Shown: piece by piece, positions 50,800-60,922 of the stretch
Layout: each line of letters begins with the position of its first letter
How positions within the stretch are numbered: the first letter of the stretch is position 1
DNA from: an uncultured Myxococcales bacterium
Lineage (GTDB): Bacteria; Myxococcota; UBA727; JABDBI01
Length of the DNA: 64,000 bases
NCBI GenBank assembly: GCA_964385015.1
Contig: CAYLLS010000001.1
Location: 101,918-165,917 of the forward strand
Direction of reading: 5' to 3'
Notes under the pieces: generated by a model
The model's database searches: none
The model's input: only the letters and a program-made list of their open reading frames with translations
Told to the model about the DNA's origin: nothing
Program-made: the position numbers and the translations under genes

Positions 50800-51247
50800 T
50801 GTTATGTTTTATAATGCATATATATCTCATTGTTCAAAAGAAACACAAATATTAGCAAAAATATTATTACAGCAAATTCGATCACCTATGTTATTTGCTT
50901 TATATGGTGATTTAGGTTCTGGTAAAACCATATTTGTTAAAGGATTAATTAATTGCTTATATGATAAAAAACATACTGTTAAAAGTCAAAGTTTTCTTAT
51001 AGCTAATACCTATAATACATCGCCTATTTTACATCATATAGATTTTTATAGGTTGAATATTAATCATCAATTAGATGCTTTAGGCATTGATGATTTATTA
51101 TTTGATATGAATGCATTTATTTGTATAGAGTGGATAGATAAATATTATTTTAAATTTCCTGATAATATAATTTTTATTGAATTTGTATGTAATATGTCAA
51201 GTATTCGTAAAATTCACATTTATTCTATCGATAAGTTAATTATTTAA
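50753..51247 (+). CDS. tsaE: tRNA t6A37 threonylcarbamoyladenosine biosynthesis protein TsaE (YjeE). The start is probably downstream of 50753, reducing the 47-nt overlap with nnr.
   Basis: 164 aa; P-loop LFALYGDLGSGKTIFVKGLI and YjeE-family length; nnr-tsaE adjacency is common. Confidence 0.75.
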   Translation: MILQIVFLVFYLIKINVMFYNAYISHCSKETQILAKILLQQIRSPMLFALYGDLGSGKTIFVKGLINCLYDKKHTVKSQSFLIANTYNTSPILHHIDFYRLNINHQLDALGIDDLLFDMNAFICIEWIDKYYFKFPDNIIFIEFVCNMSSIRKIHIYSIDKLII

Positions 51248-51309
51248 TGATTTATAATATAAAGTGATTGACATAATAAAATATACTACTATTATTATTA
51301 TATCTACAT

Positions 51310-51383
51310 TGCGGGGTAGAGCAGCTTGGTAGCTTGTCGGGCTCATAACCCGGAGGTCGGAGGTTCAAATCCTCCTCCCGCAA
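51310..51383 (+). tRNA. Initiator tRNA-fMet (anticodon CAT)
   Basis: TGCGGGGTAGAGCAGCTTGGTAGCTTGTCGGGCTCATAACCCGGAGGTCGGAGGTTCAAATCCTCCTCCCGCAA is near-identical to E. coli tRNA-fMet, including three consecutive G:C pairs in the anticodon stem. Confidence 0.85.
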
Positions 51384-51403
51384 TATATAAATATTTGATA
51401 GTT

Positions 51404-54061
51404 TTATTCATAATTAAAAGTAAATGAAATTGGAGAATCTCCTGATGGATGATTAGGATGATTAGGTAATCTTGGAGTTAATGGAATACCACATATAAAT
51501 TTTAATATGCCAATTGGACTATATAATTGTATTTCTAAGCCAATTGAAGCATACATTTTTAAATAAGTATAAAAATTAATTGGATCGTATTGTTGTGTAT
51601 GTATGTAGTGTGTATTGCCATAATAAAATAGATTTTCTGTCATATCAAATACATTTCCGAAATCTAAAAATATAATTCCATTGCATTGAATCTTTTTTAA
51701 AATATTAAATTTTAATTCTATAGTGCCATTGATTTGTTTATTCCCACCTTCATAAATATATTTTGTAGTATGATTTGCGTTTATTTTATGGATTTGTTTT
51801 ATAATATTAATAGAATGTTTTGCATAGCCTCTTATAGTATTATTTCCACCAATTAAATATTTTTTAAAATTGCAATTTGTTAATAAGTTTAAATATTTAA
51901 TATTTAAAACAAATGTGCTTGTCATATGTTTAATTGGCAATGATAGATGAATTGTTGAAATAAGTTCTAAAAAATTACTATAATGTATATTATTAGAATT
52001 ACTAAAATTTGATGTTGAATAATTTAAATGATATGTTTTATTATTTTTTAAATTTACTAGCATTTTAGATCCTAAAGATGAAGATGCTAATTCTGCATGT
52101 ATATTTATTATTAATGATTTAGTTTTAATATTATTAAATGTTAATATTGTTTTTAAAGAAGTAATATATATATTTTTATTGTTTAATGTTGTTAATAAAT
52201 TGTTATTTTGATTATAATGTATAAAATTAATTTTATTTATATTATAGGCAATATTTAATTTTAGTTGATTATGTGTTTGATAGGAATTATGATTATTAAA
52301 TAAAAAATTTATTTTATATATAAATTGAATATTGCCTCCTGTTTTATATTTCATATTATTTATCAAGTTTTGTTTTGTATTATATAAAGATATAGATATA
52401 AATAATGGATTATTATATAAATTACATATAAAATTATCTTTTATATCTATATTAAATATTTTAATTTTTTTACTCAATGTAAATTGTGATGAAATATTGT
52501 TGCCTAGTCCAAATATATTTGTTTTACTAATAATGCTTTTTAATAAAATGCCTTGATCTATATGATCTAGAGAAATGTTTAATTGTATTTTACCTCGTGT
52601 AGGTTTTTCTTTTACATTAATATTTAATGTAATGTTTTTTAAATTTAATGTTGGTGTATGATAAATATTAACATTATGAAAAAATTTCATATTCATAATA
52701 TTATTTTTGCTTTTTATAATATTATATGGTGAATATGTTGTTCCTGGAAATATAGTAATTTCTTTTCTAATGATGTTATCTAATGTTATTTTATTTCCAT
52801 AAATGTTAATTTTTTTTATATATATTTTTGGTCCTTTATTGATATATATTATAATGTTAATTGTTTTATTTGTGTTGTTTAAATATATTTTTGGGATTAT
52901 ATTAATGTATGCATATCCTTGGTTTTTAAAATATATAAACATTTTGTTAATCATTTTATTAAAATTAATGTTATTAAAAATTTTGTGTTTAATATAATGA
53001 AATTTAAATAATTTATATTTAATATCATATGTTTGTTTTTGAATATTAGAATTATGATGTAAAAACTTTAAATATTGTAATTTATATTGATAGCCTTCTT
53101 GTATATTAATAATAATAATAATATTTGTTTTGTCATATGTTAAAATAATTCTTGGTGTATGAATTATAATATTGCAATATCCATTTTGTTGATATAGTTG
53201 TTGAATGAAGGTTAAATAATTTTCTATGTTGATTTTATTATAAGTGTTATATTTATTAAAACGTGTAAATATTGTGTTAGTTTGAGTTTGTATGTGTTTT
53301 TTTAAAGATGTTGAAGATAAAAAATGATTTCCAATAAATGATATTGTTTTAATGGTTATAGGAGAGTGTTCTTTTATTTTAATAATTATATTTATGTATT
53401 TATGTTGATTATTATAAGATGTATGTTGGTTTAGTAACGATGTTTTTACTAGTAAAAGTTTATATTTTATATTAATTAAATAAAATCCATGATGAAAATA
53501 TTTATGTTTTATGATATTTAGTGCTTTAAAAATATTGTTTTCATTAATATGTTGATTATGTGTTATTTTAGTTAATATTTTATATGTATTATTGTTTATG
53601 AAAGAATTTCCATTGATTTTAATTTTATGTAATATAGGGTTAATTATCACATCAAATATTAATATAATACTATGATTATTATAATATGATTTTATAACAT
53701 GTATGTTGTTTACAAGTGGAATTTTATAAATAGTTTTTATATCTTGTTTTATGTGTTGATAATTTATGTATGAATTAGGCTTTGATTTTAATGTAAAAAT
53801 TAAGTTATTAGCTATTATATGATTTATTCCTTTGATAGTAATCATATAGATTTTATTATATTTAGGTTTGATAGCAATAGTTGAACAATATATATTTTTA
53901 TTAATTGCTCTTTTGAAATTTTGTTTATCTGTAAGTGTTATGTTCTTGTTAATGTAATTAAAAGAAGCATTATTTTTGAATTTGAATGCAGCATGTATTT
54001 CTTTGGTATGTAGAACATTAGTTATAATGAGCATCAAAGTGATAAGGTATAAATATTTCAT
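51404..54061 (-). CDS. bamA: Outer membrane protein assembly factor BamA (Omp85 family), tentative
   Basis: 885 aa; signal peptide, long POTRA-like N-terminal region, Tyr/Asn-rich beta-barrel C-terminal region; size and position fit Omp85. Extreme N/K/I/Y low complexity prevents motif-level confirmation, and the C-terminus (..SFTFNYE) lacks a terminal aromatic residue. Confidence 0.55.
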   Translation of the reverse strand: MKYLYLITLMLIITNVLHTKEIHAAFKFKNNASFNYINKNITLTDKQNFKRAINKNIYCSTIAIKPKYNKIYMITIKGINHIIANNLIFTLKSKPNSYINYQHIKQDIKTIYKIPLVNNIHVIKSYYNNHSIILIFDVIINPILHKIKINGNSFINNNTYKILTKITHNQHINENNIFKALNIIKHKYFHHGFYLINIKYKLLLVKTSLLNQHTSYNNQHKYINIIIKIKEHSPITIKTISFIGNHFLSSTSLKKHIQTQTNTIFTRFNKYNTYNKINIENYLTFIQQLYQQNGYCNIIIHTPRIILTYDKTNIIIIINIQEGYQYKLQYLKFLHHNSNIQKQTYDIKYKLFKFHYIKHKIFNNINFNKMINKMFIYFKNQGYAYINIIPKIYLNNTNKTINIIIYINKGPKIYIKKINIYGNKITLDNIIRKEITIFPGTTYSPYNIIKSKNNIMNMKFFHNVNIYHTPTLNLKNITLNINVKEKPTRGKIQLNISLDHIDQGILLKSIISKTNIFGLGNNISSQFTLSKKIKIFNIDIKDNFICNLYNNPLFISISLYNTKQNLINNMKYKTGGNIQFIYKINFLFNNHNSYQTHNQLKLNIAYNINKINFIHYNQNNNLLTTLNNKNIYITSLKTILTFNNIKTKSLIINIHAELASSSLGSKMLVNLKNNKTYHLNYSTSNFSNSNNIHYSNFLELISTIHLSLPIKHMTSTFVLNIKYLNLLTNCNFKKYLIGGNNTIRGYAKHSINIIKQIHKINANHTTKYIYEGGNKQINGTIELKFNILKKIQCNGIIFLDFGNVFDMTENLFYYGNTHYIHTQQYDPINFYTYLKMYASIGLEIQLYSPIGILKFICGIPLTPRLPNHPNHPSGDSPISFTFNYE

Positions 54062-54133
54062 ACATGTTACTTGTTTTTATTATAATTATATTTTTAATGT
54101 CATGTCATAATTAAATATATAATGTAATTATAT

Positions 54134-55363
54134 TTATATTGGAAAGTTATCTGTTAATTCTTTTATTTGCTGTTTTATGTTTGCAAGTTTTTTTATATCA
54201 TTTTTGTGTGTTATAGCATTATCTATACAAGAAGCTATTGTTAATATAGCCGATTTATTCATATTTCTAGTTGTAATTCCAGCAGTTCCAATTCTTATTC
54301 CACTAGTAATATTAGCATTAGTTTTATCAAATGGAATTTTGTTTTTGTTTACTATAATATTAATGTTATTTAATAAAGTTTCAGTATCTTTACCTGATAT
54401 GTTTTTATTTTGCAAATCAATAAGAATCAGATGAGTATCAGTGCCATTTGAAATTAATTTGAAGTTTTTATTCATTAATTCATTAGCTAATATTTTAGCA
54501 TTATTTACAACATTATATTGATATGTTTGAAAGTTGTTACTTGATGCTTCTTTAAATGCTATAGCTTTAGCTGCAATAATATGTTCGAGTGGTCCTCCTT
54601 GAATACCAGGGAAAACAGTTCTATCTATTTTTTTTGCATATTTTTCTTTACATAAAATAAGAGCTCCTCTTGGACCTCTAAGTGTTTTATGAGTAGTTGA
54701 GCTTATATAATCTGCAAATGGAACTGGAGATGGATGCATATTTGCTGCTATTAATCCTGATATATGTGACATGTCTACCATTAATTTTGCATTAATTTTA
54801 TTTGCTATTTCTTTCATATATTTGAATTTTATTATTCTTGGATATGCTGATGCTCCTGCAATAATTAATTTAGGTTTATATTGTATGGCCAGTTCATATA
54901 TTTGATTGTAATCGATTAAACCAGTTTTTTTCTCTACTCCATATGATATAATGTTATATAATTTTCCTGAAAAATTGACTTTAGAACCATGAGTTAAATG
55001 TCCTCCTTGATCTAGTGCCATTGCTAAGATTGTATCTTGTGGTTGTAAAAAACTCATATAAATAGCTAAGTTAGCAGAGCTACCTGAATGTGGTTGTACA
55101 TTAGCATGTTCAGCAGAAAATAATAGTTTTGCTCTATTAATAGCAATTGTCTCTATTTGATCTACAAAACAACATCCTGCATAATATCTTTTATAAGGAT
55201 AGCCTTCTGCATATTTGTTAGTGAGAATACTTCCTTGAGCTTCCATGATAGCAGATGATGAAAAATTTTCACTAGCAATTAAATTAATGGTATAATTTTG
55301 TCTTAGTTGTTCTTTTTTTAATAATTCATAAATTTCTAAATCATTATTTTTGATATTTTTCAT
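54134..55363 (-). CDS. glyA: Serine hydroxymethyltransferase
   Basis: 409 aa; PLP-lysine motif TTHKTLRGPRG, N-terminal LIASENFSS...GYPYKRYYAGC. Confidence 0.9.
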   Translation of the reverse strand: MKNIKNNDLEIYELLKKEQLRQNYTINLIASENFSSSAIMEAQGSILTNKYAEGYPYKRYYAGCCFVDQIETIAINRAKLLFSAEHANVQPHSGSSANLAIYMSFLQPQDTILAMALDQGGHLTHGSKVNFSGKLYNIISYGVEKKTGLIDYNQIYELAIQYKPKLIIAGASAYPRIIKFKYMKEIANKINAKLMVDMSHISGLIAANMHPSPVPFADYISSTTHKTLRGPRGALILCKEKYAKKIDRTVFPGIQGGPLEHIIAAKAIAFKEASSNNFQTYQYNVVNNAKILANELMNKNFKLISNGTDTHLILIDLQNKNISGKDTETLLNNINIIVNKNKIPFDKTNANITSGIRIGTAGITTRNMNKSAILTIASCIDNAITHKNDIKKLANIKQQIKELTDNFPI

Positions 55364-56079
55364 ATATAACCTTTATGTATATTTTTAGTGAAAATAAGCA
55401 AACTTTGACATGATGTACATTGTGCTATTATGTTGTGATTAATAATTTGATGAAAGATTTTTGATGGAATTATATATTTACATAATTGACAGATATTTTG
55501 CTTTATTAATGATACACTTAAATGTTGCTTTTTATAATATATTTTTTTACACATTATAGATGTAGCATGTGATAATTGTTTTGTTATTTTTAATTTATTA
55601 TTGTCCTTATATTTGATTTTAATATATTTAATTAAATGCATCATTTTTATATATTTGATGTATAACTCATAATATTTTTTATGATATAAATTTTTATTTT
55701 TTATTAATAGTTTATTAATGATATCTGTTTGTATAATGTTATGTAAAAGCTTATTTTCTAGATTTTCAATGATTTGATATTTTTTAGTAATTGATAAATT
55801 TAGAGCTAATAGTTCTTTGTTATTGGTTATTTTGATAGTTTGATTTTTAATTTTTAATAATTTTTTTTTTTCATATTTAATATTGTTTTCTTGTTGTATT
55901 ATATTTTTTTTTTGCTTTTTATATTGTAATAATTTTTGTTTATATTTTAATGCTTGTATATAATATTCTATTTTTCTTATTTTAGATAAGTATTGTTTAT
56001 TGTTTTTATTATATGTATTTTGTTTAATGTTAATGAAGGTTATTTGAATAATGTTTAGTATGTCTTTAGATATGTTCAT
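55360..56079 (-). CDS. Coiled-coil protein with a C-terminal C4 zinc ribbon (COG1579-like), function unknown
   Basis: 239 aa; long K/N/I/L heptad-like region followed by CQLCKYIIPSKIF...CTSCQSLLIF (CxxC-x17-CxxC); 4-nt overlap with the glyA start. Confidence 0.5.
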   Translation of the reverse strand: MNISKDILNIIQITFINIKQNTYNKNNKQYLSKIRKIEYYIQALKYKQKLLQYKKQKKNIIQQENNIKYEKKKLLKIKNQTIKITNNKELLALNLSITKKYQIIENLENKLLHNIIQTDIINKLLIKNKNLYHKKYYELYIKYIKMMHLIKYIKIKYKDNNKLKITKQLSHATSIMCKKIYYKKQHLSVSLIKQNICQLCKYIIPSKIFHQIINHNIIAQCTSCQSLLIFTKNIHKGYI

Positions 56080-56115
56080 TATATAACTCAGATATCATTA
56101 TATTTTTTATTATCA

Positions 56116-56187
56116 TGGGCTCGGCCGGATTTGAACCAGCGACCGGTCGGTTATGAGCCGAATGCTCTACCGCTGAGCTACGAGCCC
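56116..56187 (-). tRNA. Elongator-type tRNA with CAT anticodon (tRNA-Met or TilS-substrate tRNA-Ile2)
   Basis: Reverse strand GGGCTCGTAGCTCAGCGGTAGAGCATTCGGCTCATAACCGACCGGTCGCTGGTTCAAATCCGGCCGAGCCCA. G1-C72 is paired and there is no GGG/CCC run in the anticodon stem, so it is not an initiator. The T-arm GGTCGCTGGTTCAAATCC resembles E. coli ileX. Confidence 0.75.
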
Positions 56188-56252
56188 ATACAATGTATTT
56201 AAATTTGCCTAAAAATTTAATAAAGTTCAAGAAGTATTTTGAAAAATATTGT

Positions 56253-57992
56253 TTATTTTTGTATAGATGTAATTTCTAATGAAGGTTTTGTAAAAGCGAA
56301 TAATTTTTTCGCTCTGGATGGATGTCGTAATTTTCGTAATGCTTTGGCTTCTATTTGTCTTATTCGTTCACGTGTAACTTCAAAATCGTGTCCAACTTCT
56401 TCTAATGTATGATCAGATTGTTCACCGATACCAAATCGCATTCTAAGTACCTTTTCTTCTCTTGGTGTTAATGTTGCTAATACTTTTCTTGTTTGTTCGC
56501 TTAAATTCATTGAAATTACAGCTTTAGATGGATTTACAGCTTTTTTATCTTCAATGAAATCTCCTAAGGAAGAATTGCTTTCATTTTCATCCCCAATAGG
56601 TGTTTCTAATGATATTGGTTCCTTAGCTATTTTTAATACTTTTCTAACTTTTTCTGTAGGTAACTCCATTTTTTTAGCAATTTCTTCTGGAGTTGGTTCT
56701 CTACCTAATGTTTGTATTAAATATCTGTTAATGCGGATAAGTTTATTAATGGTTTCAATCATATGTACCGGAATTCTAATAGTTCTAGCTTGATCTGCAA
56801 TTGCTCTAGTGATTGCTTGTCTGATCCACCATGTAGCATAAGTAGAAAATTTATATCCTCTTTTATATTCAAATTTATCTACAGCTTTCATTAATCCTAT
56901 ATTACCTTCTTGAATTAAATCTAAAAATTGCAAACCTCTATTAGTATATTTTTTTGCTATAGAAACTACTAGTCTTAAATTAGCTTTAACTAACTTTTCT
57001 TTTCCTTGTGTGGCTTTTTTATTTCCTTTTTTGATTTCATTATAAGTTTTTTTTAATTCAGAAATAGTTAATTGAACTTTATTTTGTATATTATGAGCTC
57101 TAAAAACAGCTGCAGCTATAGTATTATACCATTGAGTAAAAGTTTTATAATTAATGTTGTATTTTTTAATAATATGTTGTTCTGTATATTGTATGTTGTT
57201 TACTGATTGAAATTCTTTTAATATGTGATAAATTGGTTTGTTTGTATAATTTTGTATTTTATTTAATTCAAATTCGTCTTTATTAATTCTAAATATTAGA
57301 ACTTTAATAAATTGCACTATTTTATCTATTTGACGTTTATTTATTTTTAAGCATTGTAATTGCTTGATAATATTGGTTTGTATATCAAATATATTTTCTT
57401 GATGTTTTATATATAGTGCATATTTTTTTTCATTTTTAGTGAGATTATTATGATGTTGTTGTGTTTGTAATTGATGTTTTAAGTCAATTAAAGTATCAAT
57501 AATTTTTAAAGTTCTTTCTGTGATTTTAGTTTCATTAAATTCAATAGTTTGACCATCATTTCCAGATTCATTTTCTTTGATAAATTCTTTAACTCTAATT
57601 TTGCCTTTTTGTAATTTATTACCTAAAATCAATATTTCGTTTAAGCAAATAGGAGTATTTAATACTGCATTAAGAATTTGAATTTCTCCATTTTCAATGT
57701 TTTTGGCAATTTCTATTTCTCCTTCTCTAGTTAATAAATGTACAGAACCCATTTTTTTTAAGTATAAACGTACTGGATCGTTACTTTTTATATGTAAGTT
57801 TTGTTCTTCTATATGATTAATATTATGTTTATTTTTATTTATTTGTTTAGTATTTTCTTCTGTAATAGAAATTTTAGCTTTATTTAATAATGTAATAATA
57901 TTTTTTATAATTGATATTTCTAAAATATCTGATTCTACTGTATTATTAATTTCATTAAATGTAATTTTTTTTATTTTTTTATCTTTTATCAT
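56253..57992 (-). CDS. rpoD: RNA polymerase sigma factor RpoD (sigma-70)
   Basis: 579 aa; region 1.1/non-conserved spacer then regions 2-4 ([54 protein letters not shown]; C-terminal region 4.2 helix-turn-helix); immediately downstream of dnaG. Confidence 0.9.
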   Translation of the reverse strand: MIKDKKIKKITFNEINNTVESDILEISIIKNIITLLNKAKISITEENTKQINKNKHNINHIEEQNLHIKSNDPVRLYLKKMGSVHLLTREGEIEIAKNIENGEIQILNAVLNTPICLNEILILGNKLQKGKIRVKEFIKENESGNDGQTIEFNETKITERTLKIIDTLIDLKHQLQTQQHHNNLTKNEKKYALYIKHQENIFDIQTNIIKQLQCLKINKRQIDKIVQFIKVLIFRINKDEFELNKIQNYTNKPIYHILKEFQSVNNIQYTEQHIIKKYNINYKTFTQWYNTIAAAVFRAHNIQNKVQLTISELKKTYNEIKKGNKKATQGKEKLVKANLRLVVSIAKKYTNRGLQFLDLIQEGNIGLMKAVDKFEYKRGYKFSTYATWWIRQAITRAIADQARTIRIPVHMIETINKLIRINRYLIQTLGREPTPEEIAKKMELPTEKVRKVLKIAKEPISLETPIGDENESNSSLGDFIEDKKAVNPSKAVISMNLSEQTRKVLATLTPREEKVLRMRFGIGEQSDHTLEEVGHDFEVTRERIRQIEAKALRKLRHPSRAKKLFAFTKPSLEITSIQK

Positions 57993-58149
57993 AGCGTTGA
58001 TTATGTTTGAGTGTGTGTTTGCATATAATTAAAATGTATTATTTAATGATATAATATAATTAAAAATTCATTTTGACAAATAAATATGTTATATGTTGTT
58101 GATATATTCAATATATATTCATATTGATATATATATTACAAATTGTCAT

Positions 58150-59754
58150 TTATGTTTCTTGTGACTTTAATAATGATTTTTTATTAAAATCTTTAATAAT
58201 TTGTTTTGCAACATTGAGTGTTATTAATTTTTGATATTGTGTATTATGCCAAATATATGATTTAAATAGTTTTAAGATTTGAGATTTAAAATTATTTATT
58301 TCATTAATATGTTTATATTTTTGTTTAAAGATAATAAATATTTGTTTTAGTTTATTATTATTTATAGCATGTATACTTTGGATAGATAAAATTTCTATTA
58401 TATGAGGGAAGATAAAAATAGATCTTAATAATAATTGATCTGAAGCGTTTAAATGTTGTGCATGAGTGTTGCTTATACTATTTTGTATGATATTTGTGTT
58501 AATATGTATTTCTTTTAGTAATGTTGATTCATCGTCACCTAATATTGCAGATGCATATTTGATATATTGTCTTATGACAAGTTCTCTTGAATGTGCTTTA
58601 ATGATAGATAATAATTTATCTATATCTAAAATTCTATCGTATATATTATGATATTTAGTATGATTTATTTGTATTATATCATTAATAATAGCGTTTTTAG
58701 CATTATATAAATATAGATATAATTTTTGATGTTGATTTAATTTAATTAATTCACTTGGATCTTTTGCTGACATTTGTATACTTTTTATATTAAAATTATG
58801 TTTAGCTAATATAAACATTGCTTTTCTACTTGCCATCAGTCCAGGTTTATCTCGATCAAAACATAAAACAATATTTTTATTATTAAATTGTTTAATAAAA
58901 TTTATATGTTGATTAGATAATGTTGTTCCACAACATGCTAAAGCTACAAATCCAACTTGATCTATTGCTATAGCATCTAAATATCCTTCTACTAATACTA
59001 TAGGTTTATTGTTGTTTGAAAGTTTATTTTTTTGATTATGAAATAACACATGATTTTTATTATATAATATATTATGTTGACTATTTATATATTTTGGTTG
59101 TTTTGTTGCATTAGTATTTATGATTCGTCCACCAAATGCTATAATATTACCAACATAATTATATATTGGGAATGTAATTCTATTGTAAAAAAATGGATAT
59201 TGTCCATATTTGTTTTGTTTTAATAATCCAAGTTTTATGATATCAGATATTGTATAATCTTTTTGTAAGAAACAGTTGATGAAATTCATAGTATTTGGTG
59301 GGCAAAACCCTATATTCCATTTTTTTATTATTAATGTTGATAAGTTTCTTTGTTGTAAAAGATAATTTAAAGCTATTGTGCCATTATTATTAAATAAAGA
59401 ATGTTTAAAATATATGTTAGCTATTGTGAATATATTTAATAGATGTTTTTTTTGATTTGTATTGTTATTAATGTGTTTATCATTCATTCCCAATTGTTTT
59501 GTTAGTTGTTTTATAATATTAATAAATGAATCACCAGTTTTTTTTTGTAGAAAAGTAAATACATCACCTGATATGCCACAGCCAAAGCATTTAAAATATT
59601 TTTTATATGAAAACACAAAAAATGAAGGAGTTTTTTCATGATGCAATGGGCATAGCCCCTTAAAATAATTGTTATATTTTTTTAATGATGTATATTTATT
59701 AATTATTGTATGTAATTGAATTTTATGCTTAATTATATGTATTATATTGTTCAA
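58150..59754 (-). CDS. dnaG: DNA primase
   Basis: 534 aa; CHC2 zinc finger CPLHHEKTPSFFV...CFGCG, TOPRIM EGYLDAIA...D.D motifs. Confidence 0.9.
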   Translation of the reverse strand: MNNIIHIIKHKIQLHTIINKYTSLKKYNNYFKGLCPLHHEKTPSFFVFSYKKYFKCFGCGISGDVFTFLQKKTGDSFINIIKQLTKQLGMNDKHINNNTNQKKHLLNIFTIANIYFKHSLFNNNGTIALNYLLQQRNLSTLIIKKWNIGFCPPNTMNFINCFLQKDYTISDIIKLGLLKQNKYGQYPFFYNRITFPIYNYVGNIIAFGGRIINTNATKQPKYINSQHNILYNKNHVLFHNQKNKLSNNNKPIVLVEGYLDAIAIDQVGFVALACCGTTLSNQHINFIKQFNNKNIVLCFDRDKPGLMASRKAMFILAKHNFNIKSIQMSAKDPSELIKLNQHQKLYLYLYNAKNAIINDIIQINHTKYHNIYDRILDIDKLLSIIKAHSRELVIRQYIKYASAILGDDESTLLKEIHINTNIIQNSISNTHAQHLNASDQLLLRSIFIFPHIIEILSIQSIHAINNNKLKQIFIIFKQKYKHINEINNFKSQILKLFKSYIWHNTQYQKLITLNVAKQIIKDFNKKSLLKSQET

Positions 59755-59816
59755 TTATTTACCTTATTATAATGATGTTATGTTATTTTAAATATATTTG
59801 TTAATGTATTTTTTTT

Positions 59817-60692
59817 TTAATGTAGCATACATCCACGAAAGAATCCTAGTTTGTCTTTAAAAAAATAAAATATTTTAAATTGTTTATTGTTAATTTTATT
59901 AAAATTATTGTTTTGTTTAATATCTATTTCAAATATTAATTTACCGTTAATATGTAATATTTTATATGCGTATTGTAAAATAATTTTATAAAATAACATA
60001 ATATTAGTTTTATGATGTATAAGAGATAATTTAGGTTCATAATATTGTATATGTTTAGGTAATATTTGAAAATGTTTTGGTAATATATAAGGAGGATTTG
60101 CAATAATTATATCTTTATTAGTATTACATGTTTTGATATTTGAAAATTTTAAACAGTTGTATTTTATGATAGAAATTTGTTTGTTTAATTTGTATGTATT
60201 AATATTATTTTTTATATTTTTTATAGCATTAATGTGTATATCTATAGCATATATAAAAATATTTTTTTTTAATAATGATAATGATATAGCTATACATCCA
60301 GATCCACTAAATATATCTATACATTTATATGTTTTTTTTTTATCTATGATATGAGTTAAGATTTTTTCTATAATAGATTCTGTATCAATTTTAGGAATGA
60401 ATGTATTATGATTAATTGATATATTAAATCCCATAATTGTTGTTTGTTTTATGATATAATTATATGGTTGATGTTGTGTAAGTTTATATATATAATTTAT
60501 GAATTTTGTGATTTGTAATGAATGTATATGGATGGATTTATGTATTAATGCAATTTTTATGTTATTTTGTTTGATATATAATGTTATTTTATTGGCTATT
60601 ATTTTAGCATGTGTAATATTGTTAATTTTTAAATTTAATATTCCCAATTGAATTATGTTATTTATGTTATTATATATGTTATATATGTTCAT
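59817..60692 (-). CDS. prmC: Release-factor glutamine N5-methyltransferase PrmC (HemK)
   Basis: 291 aa; SAM-binding DIFSGSGCIAIS and catalytic NPPY (IIANPPYI). Confidence 0.75.
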   Translation of the reverse strand: MNIYNIYNNINNIIQLGILNLKINNITHAKIIANKITLYIKQNNIKIALIHKSIHIHSLQITKFINYIYKLTQHQPYNYIIKQTTIMGFNISINHNTFIPKIDTESIIEKILTHIIDKKKTYKCIDIFSGSGCIAISLSLLKKNIFIYAIDIHINAIKNIKNNINTYKLNKQISIIKYNCLKFSNIKTCNTNKDIIIANPPYILPKHFQILPKHIQYYEPKLSLIHHKTNIMLFYKIILQYAYKILHINGKLIFEIDIKQNNNFNKINNKQFKIFYFFKDKLGFFRGCMLH

Positions 60693-60707
60693 TATGTTTA
60701 TTAAAAT

Positions 60708-60713
60708 TAGGAG
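60708..60713 (+). promoter_or_regulatory. Shine-Dalgarno AGGAGG, 7 nt upstream of the tatA ATG
   Basis: ttaaaattAGGAGGtatttATG read directly; a strong RBS stands out in this AT-rich sequence. Confidence 0.6.
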
Positions 60714-60719
60714 GTATTT

Positions 60720-60905
60720 ATGTTTGGTATGGGTGCATGGGAATTGGGCATTATTTTTGCTATTATATTATTGTTGTTTGGTGGCAAGAAACTGCCTTCT
60801 ATTGCTACTGGTTTAGGCAATGCTATTAAAAATTTTAAGTTAGCAATACAAGATGATGAAGATAAAGATACTTTATTGAAAAATACCAAAAATAAAAAAG
60901 ATTAA
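60720..60905 (+). CDS. tatA: Sec-independent protein translocase subunit TatA/E
   Basis: 61 aa; MFGMGAWELGIIFAIILLLFGGKKLPSIATGLGNAIKNFK (TM helix plus amphipathic helix, FG..KLP motif). Confidence 0.85.
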   Translation: MFGMGAWELGIIFAIILLLFGGKKLPSIATGLGNAIKNFKLAIQDDEDKDTLLKNTKNKKD

Positions 60906-60922
60906 TATATGTATATTATAGT

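Noticed and set aside
60707-60889. 60-aa minus-strand ORF overlapping tatA
   Set aside because: It is antisense to a well-supported tatA with a strong RBS; no motif; treated as spurious.
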